A DNA stretch of 64,000 nucleotides, from NCBI GenBank assembly GCA_048941265.1, contig JBHLNT010000006.1, forward strand, positions 12,933-76,932, in the 5' to 3' direction. The translations under genes were made by a program, and so were the position numbers. The notes under the pieces were generated by a model. That model saw only the letters and a program-made list of their open reading frames with translations. It was not told the DNA's origin and did no database searches. The stretch is from Promethearchaeota archaeon. Its GTDB lineage: Archaea; Asgardarchaeota; Lokiarchaeia; Sigyniarchaeales; SOKP01. Position 1 is the stretch's first letter. Each line of letters opens with the position of its first letter. Positions 61,191 to 64,000 of this stretch are shown here, piece after piece.

Positions 61191-61412
61191 TATGTTTCGC
61201 CTCTAAACTTTTATTTTTATAAATTTTTTTCTTAATTTTTATATTTTAAATTAAGAAAGGATAGTAAGCAAAGAATTTTAAAATTTTTCTAACATCTTAT
61301 TGAGTTTTAAATGTTAAATCTTATTTTATTAAATCTAGATTAAACAAATAGTATTAAAAAATTGAAATAAAATGATATAAAAAAGATTTAAAAGAAGGAA
61401 ATTTTCTCTACT

Positions 61413-62564
61413 CTACACACCAATTCCTATTGTATTTCCAATACCAGCGACAATAACTTTAGTGTTCTTTTCGGTTCTCTTTCTAATTGCCATTTTAATT
61501 TTCTCGACTATTAATGGAACAGATTGAGTAATTGTACGCTTCATAGTAGTGATAGCATCCTCTAGAGATTGTTTACATATTAAAGCATCAATAGGAATGG
61601 TCTTTCCTGTAGAAGAATCTTCAATATAATATTTCTCAACACCAATACCTCCTATAGCTGCTCCAACACCTATTGCTATTGAACCAGTTTTGTCTCCTGA
61701 AAGTTTTAAGCCAGCATCTATCATGATTATCCGTGAAATTGCATCAGGGTTTTCTTCAACTAATTTTTTAATTGCTTTTCCAGGTTTTCCAACAGTTCCT
61801 CCCGGACCTTTGGCTCGAACTACATAGATTATCCTATCTTCAAAATTTACTTCTTGAACTATTGTATCTTTAGAGATTTCAACTGCTTCAACTTCACCAT
61901 TATTGGATACATCTCTTACAAATCTTCCAGCAACCATCGGACCAAGTGCGTCGCCTATTGGACTTCCCTCCGCAAATGCTTTTGTTGCATAGTAGAAAGA
62001 TTTCGCCATTGCCATAATTAAGGCCATCTGCATTGATATTTGTAAAAGTAGGATCATTGATTTTGATTTTTTACCTAAAATTAGATAGTGTTTAATTAAT
62101 CGATAAATAAAATCTACAGCCATGGAAGCTTCTAATAAATTTTCTAAAGATTGTCTTTTAGAGTCAATTGCATGAGGCGCTAACATTGCCACTTCTTCTT
62201 GAAACCTATAATCTCTCACATCAATAATATGGTCAATCTTAGGAATTATTCCATAAGGATCAAGTGTCACAGGTAAAATAGCAATAAATGTCATGAAATC
62301 TTCGAGTTTTATAGCAAGATCCTTATCAGTTTCTGCTTTTTCTGCATACTTTTTAAATTCATTAAGAAGAATCTCTTTGCATTCGTCATCCCATTTTTTT
62401 AGTTTCTCTAATCCAGCTTGAATCTCTTTTGCAGCTTTCCAGCTCTGAATGCGCTGACCATAAAACATACTTACAAAAATAAGTAAAAAGAACAATAAAT
62501 TTAAGAGTAAGGATAATGGATCTGCTGTTCTATCGGTCCCAAATTGTAAAAAATTATTTAACAT
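61413..62564 (-). CDS. DUF1512 family membrane-anchored protein
   Basis: N-terminal TM; PVTLDPYGI, PIGDALGPMVA, AKGPGGTVGKPG, IDAGLKLSG, GVGAAIGG, GIGNTIGIG. Confidence 0.85.
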   Translation of the reverse strand: MLNNFLQFGTDRTADPLSLLLNLLFFLLIFVSMFYGQRIQSWKAAKEIQAGLEKLKKWDDECKEILLNEFKKYAEKAETDKDLAIKLEDFMTFIAILPVTLDPYGIIPKIDHIIDVRDYRFQEEVAMLAPHAIDSKRQSLENLLEASMAVDFIYRLIKHYLILGKKSKSMILLLQISMQMALIMAMAKSFYYATKAFAEGSPIGDALGPMVAGRFVRDVSNNGEVEAVEISKDTIVQEVNFEDRIIYVVRAKGPGGTVGKPGKAIKKLVEENPDAISRIIMIDAGLKLSGDKTGSIAIGVGAAIGGIGVEKYYIEDSSTGKTIPIDALICKQSLEDAITTMKRTITQSVPLIVEKIKMAIRKRTEKNTKVIVAGIGNTIGIGV

Positions 62565-62695
62565 TTTTTTTAAAATTAAGTATTTTAATTGATTTTTTAT
62601 CTAAATTTGATAATAATAATATTTATTTATGCTTTTCTATTATAAAGCATAGTACAGTTAATTATTAGAAAAAAAAAAAGTTTTGCTGTTTTTTT

Positions 62696-63130
62696 ATGAT
62701 TGATGAAGAAGACGACGATGAGGAGATTTTAAAGAAAGGAATTACATTAAAGAGCGTATTAAAAAATCTTCTTGTGATTTTTTTTATTCTGGCCGGTGCT
62801 ATGTTCATTTATTTCGGATTTGGTCCTGATCAATGGTCAAACTTATTTATTGGATTTTTTCTGATATGCATTGGTACAACTATTATGCAGGTGCAAAAAC
62901 AAACACCAGAACCAATAAGACAAACCTTAACGATCTTAGTATGCGGATTATGTGGCTTAATTAAAGTTAGAAATTATGAACAAGGAGATTTTGTGTTTCA
63001 GAAGATTGATACCTGCAATAAATGCAATAAATCAATGGAAATTAAACAGATTTATTCTGTAAAATTAAAAAGACCAACAGAATCTAAAAAGAAAGAAAGT
63101 TTACAACCAAAACGAGATTCAAAAACTTAA
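62696..63130 (+). CDS. two-TM protein with C-terminal zinc ribbon
   Basis: Two TM helices then CGLC...R.Y..GDFVF...CNKC...I..IY; divergent from the DUF1512 gene. Confidence 0.75.
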   Translation: MIDEEDDDEEILKKGITLKSVLKNLLVIFFILAGAMFIYFGFGPDQWSNLFIGFFLICIGTTIMQVQKQTPEPIRQTLTILVCGLCGLIKVRNYEQGDFVFQKIDTCNKCNKSMEIKQIYSVKLKRPTESKKKESLQPKRDSKT

Positions 63131-63510
63131 GCATTTTTATACTTTTTATCATAAAATTTTTTAGTAATGCTTATTTTAACATATTAAAATCGTAATAATG
63201 CTTGAGTAGAAACAAATATGAATATAGTGTTCAATATTATTAGCTTCACGAACAAGCATGTATACGATTTAAAATTCTTTAATTTCTTTATTTTGCCAAG
63301 AGAGTAGTAGTTCATTTAGTATTCTCTTGGCTGCCGAAAAAATTTATTTTCCAATATTCTAAATAATTAAAATTCACTAGTATTAAACCGAACATCTTCT
63401 AAATAATTTAAGATAGCTCAATTTCAGGCAATTTCTTAGCCAAAAAATTTAAATACATTAAATATTTAGAAAAACTATAACGAAAAGAATAATAAATAGG
63501 ATTTTATAAT

Positions 63511-64000
63511 ATGGGTATTAAGCTAAAAAAGCAAGTTATTGAAATTTTAAATATCCTTAAAGAAAAGAACGCTGACTGTGAAGCTTCAGAGCTCGCAAAG
63601 GAATTAAATATTGATTATATTATTCTTATGTCAGCAATTAATGATTTAATAGATGTAAATTTAGGTAGCTTTAAGGAGGACGAAATATTTCAAATATCTT
63701 TAAATGAGGAGGGTTTATCTTACTTAAGAGATGGTCTACCTGAACGACAATTACTTAATATTTTATTGAAACGCAATATTAAAGAAATTGAAATAGATGA
63801 ATTATTAAAATCTGCTAAATTGGAAAAAAATATTTTTTATATTGGAATTTCCAATATGAAGAAGAATAGATGGATTGCTCAAAGTAAAGCAACTGGAGAG
63901 AATACAATTTTTCTAGTGGCAGAAAAATTTCCTGAAACAGACCTTGAGAAATTTTTAAAAAAATTTCAAAAAAATAATATAATCAATTACTCAGATTTAT
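63511..64000 (+). CDS. pheS: phenylalanine--tRNA ligase alpha subunit, N-terminal part (3'-truncated by window edge)
   Basis: Not in ORF track; open from ATG 63511 to the window end: MGIKLKKQVIEILNILK...SLNEEGLSYLRDGLPERQLL...IGISNMKKNRWI, typical of the archaeal/eukaryotic PheRS-alpha N-terminus. Confidence 0.8.
   Translation, partial: MGIKLKKQVIEILNILKEKNADCEASELAKELNIDYIILMSAINDLIDVNLGSFKEDEIFQISLNEEGLSYLRDGLPERQLLNILLKRNIKEIEIDELLKSAKLEKNIFYIGISNMKKNRWIAQSKATGENTIFLVAEKFPETDLEKFLKKFQKNNIINYSDL

Noticed and set aside
63131-63510. 380-bp intergenic region upstream of pheS as a possible ncRNA or tRNA
   Set aside because: No cloverleaf, GC-rich stem or convincing ORF could be recognised by eye.

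Overview
AT-rich, gene-dense archaeal DNA whose content points to an Asgard archaeon, most likely Lokiarchaeia (inference from gene content: archaeal RadA, TFB, TyrRS and PheRS-alpha, Rab-like small GTPases, roadblock proteins, a Vps29-like protein, a JAMM/MPN+ protein, LRR and TPR proteins, and a large single-pass surface protein). Most of the window is housekeeping or metabolic (purH, guaB, lysC, pgi-like, ppdK, tyrS, pheS, AOR, Fe-ADH, two tandem P2A-type ATPases, a sugar-modification cluster). The best find is largely missed by the ORF track. At 19.6-21.0 kb on the minus strand lie three tandem paralogs of a small HesB/IscA-like family. Two carry an in-frame UGA at the column where the third has Cys (U-x4-C motif). 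Only those two have a 3'-UTR eukaryote-type SECIS-like hairpin (AUGA...AAA...GA core, stem with compensatory base changes), each followed by a second conserved GC-rich mini-hairpin. This is a candidate new Asgard selenoprotein family with an extended SECIS. At least three genes also appear to start at ATA/ATT codons. No rRNA, tRNA, CRISPR array or transposase was recognised. All calls come from manual reading; no database searches were run.
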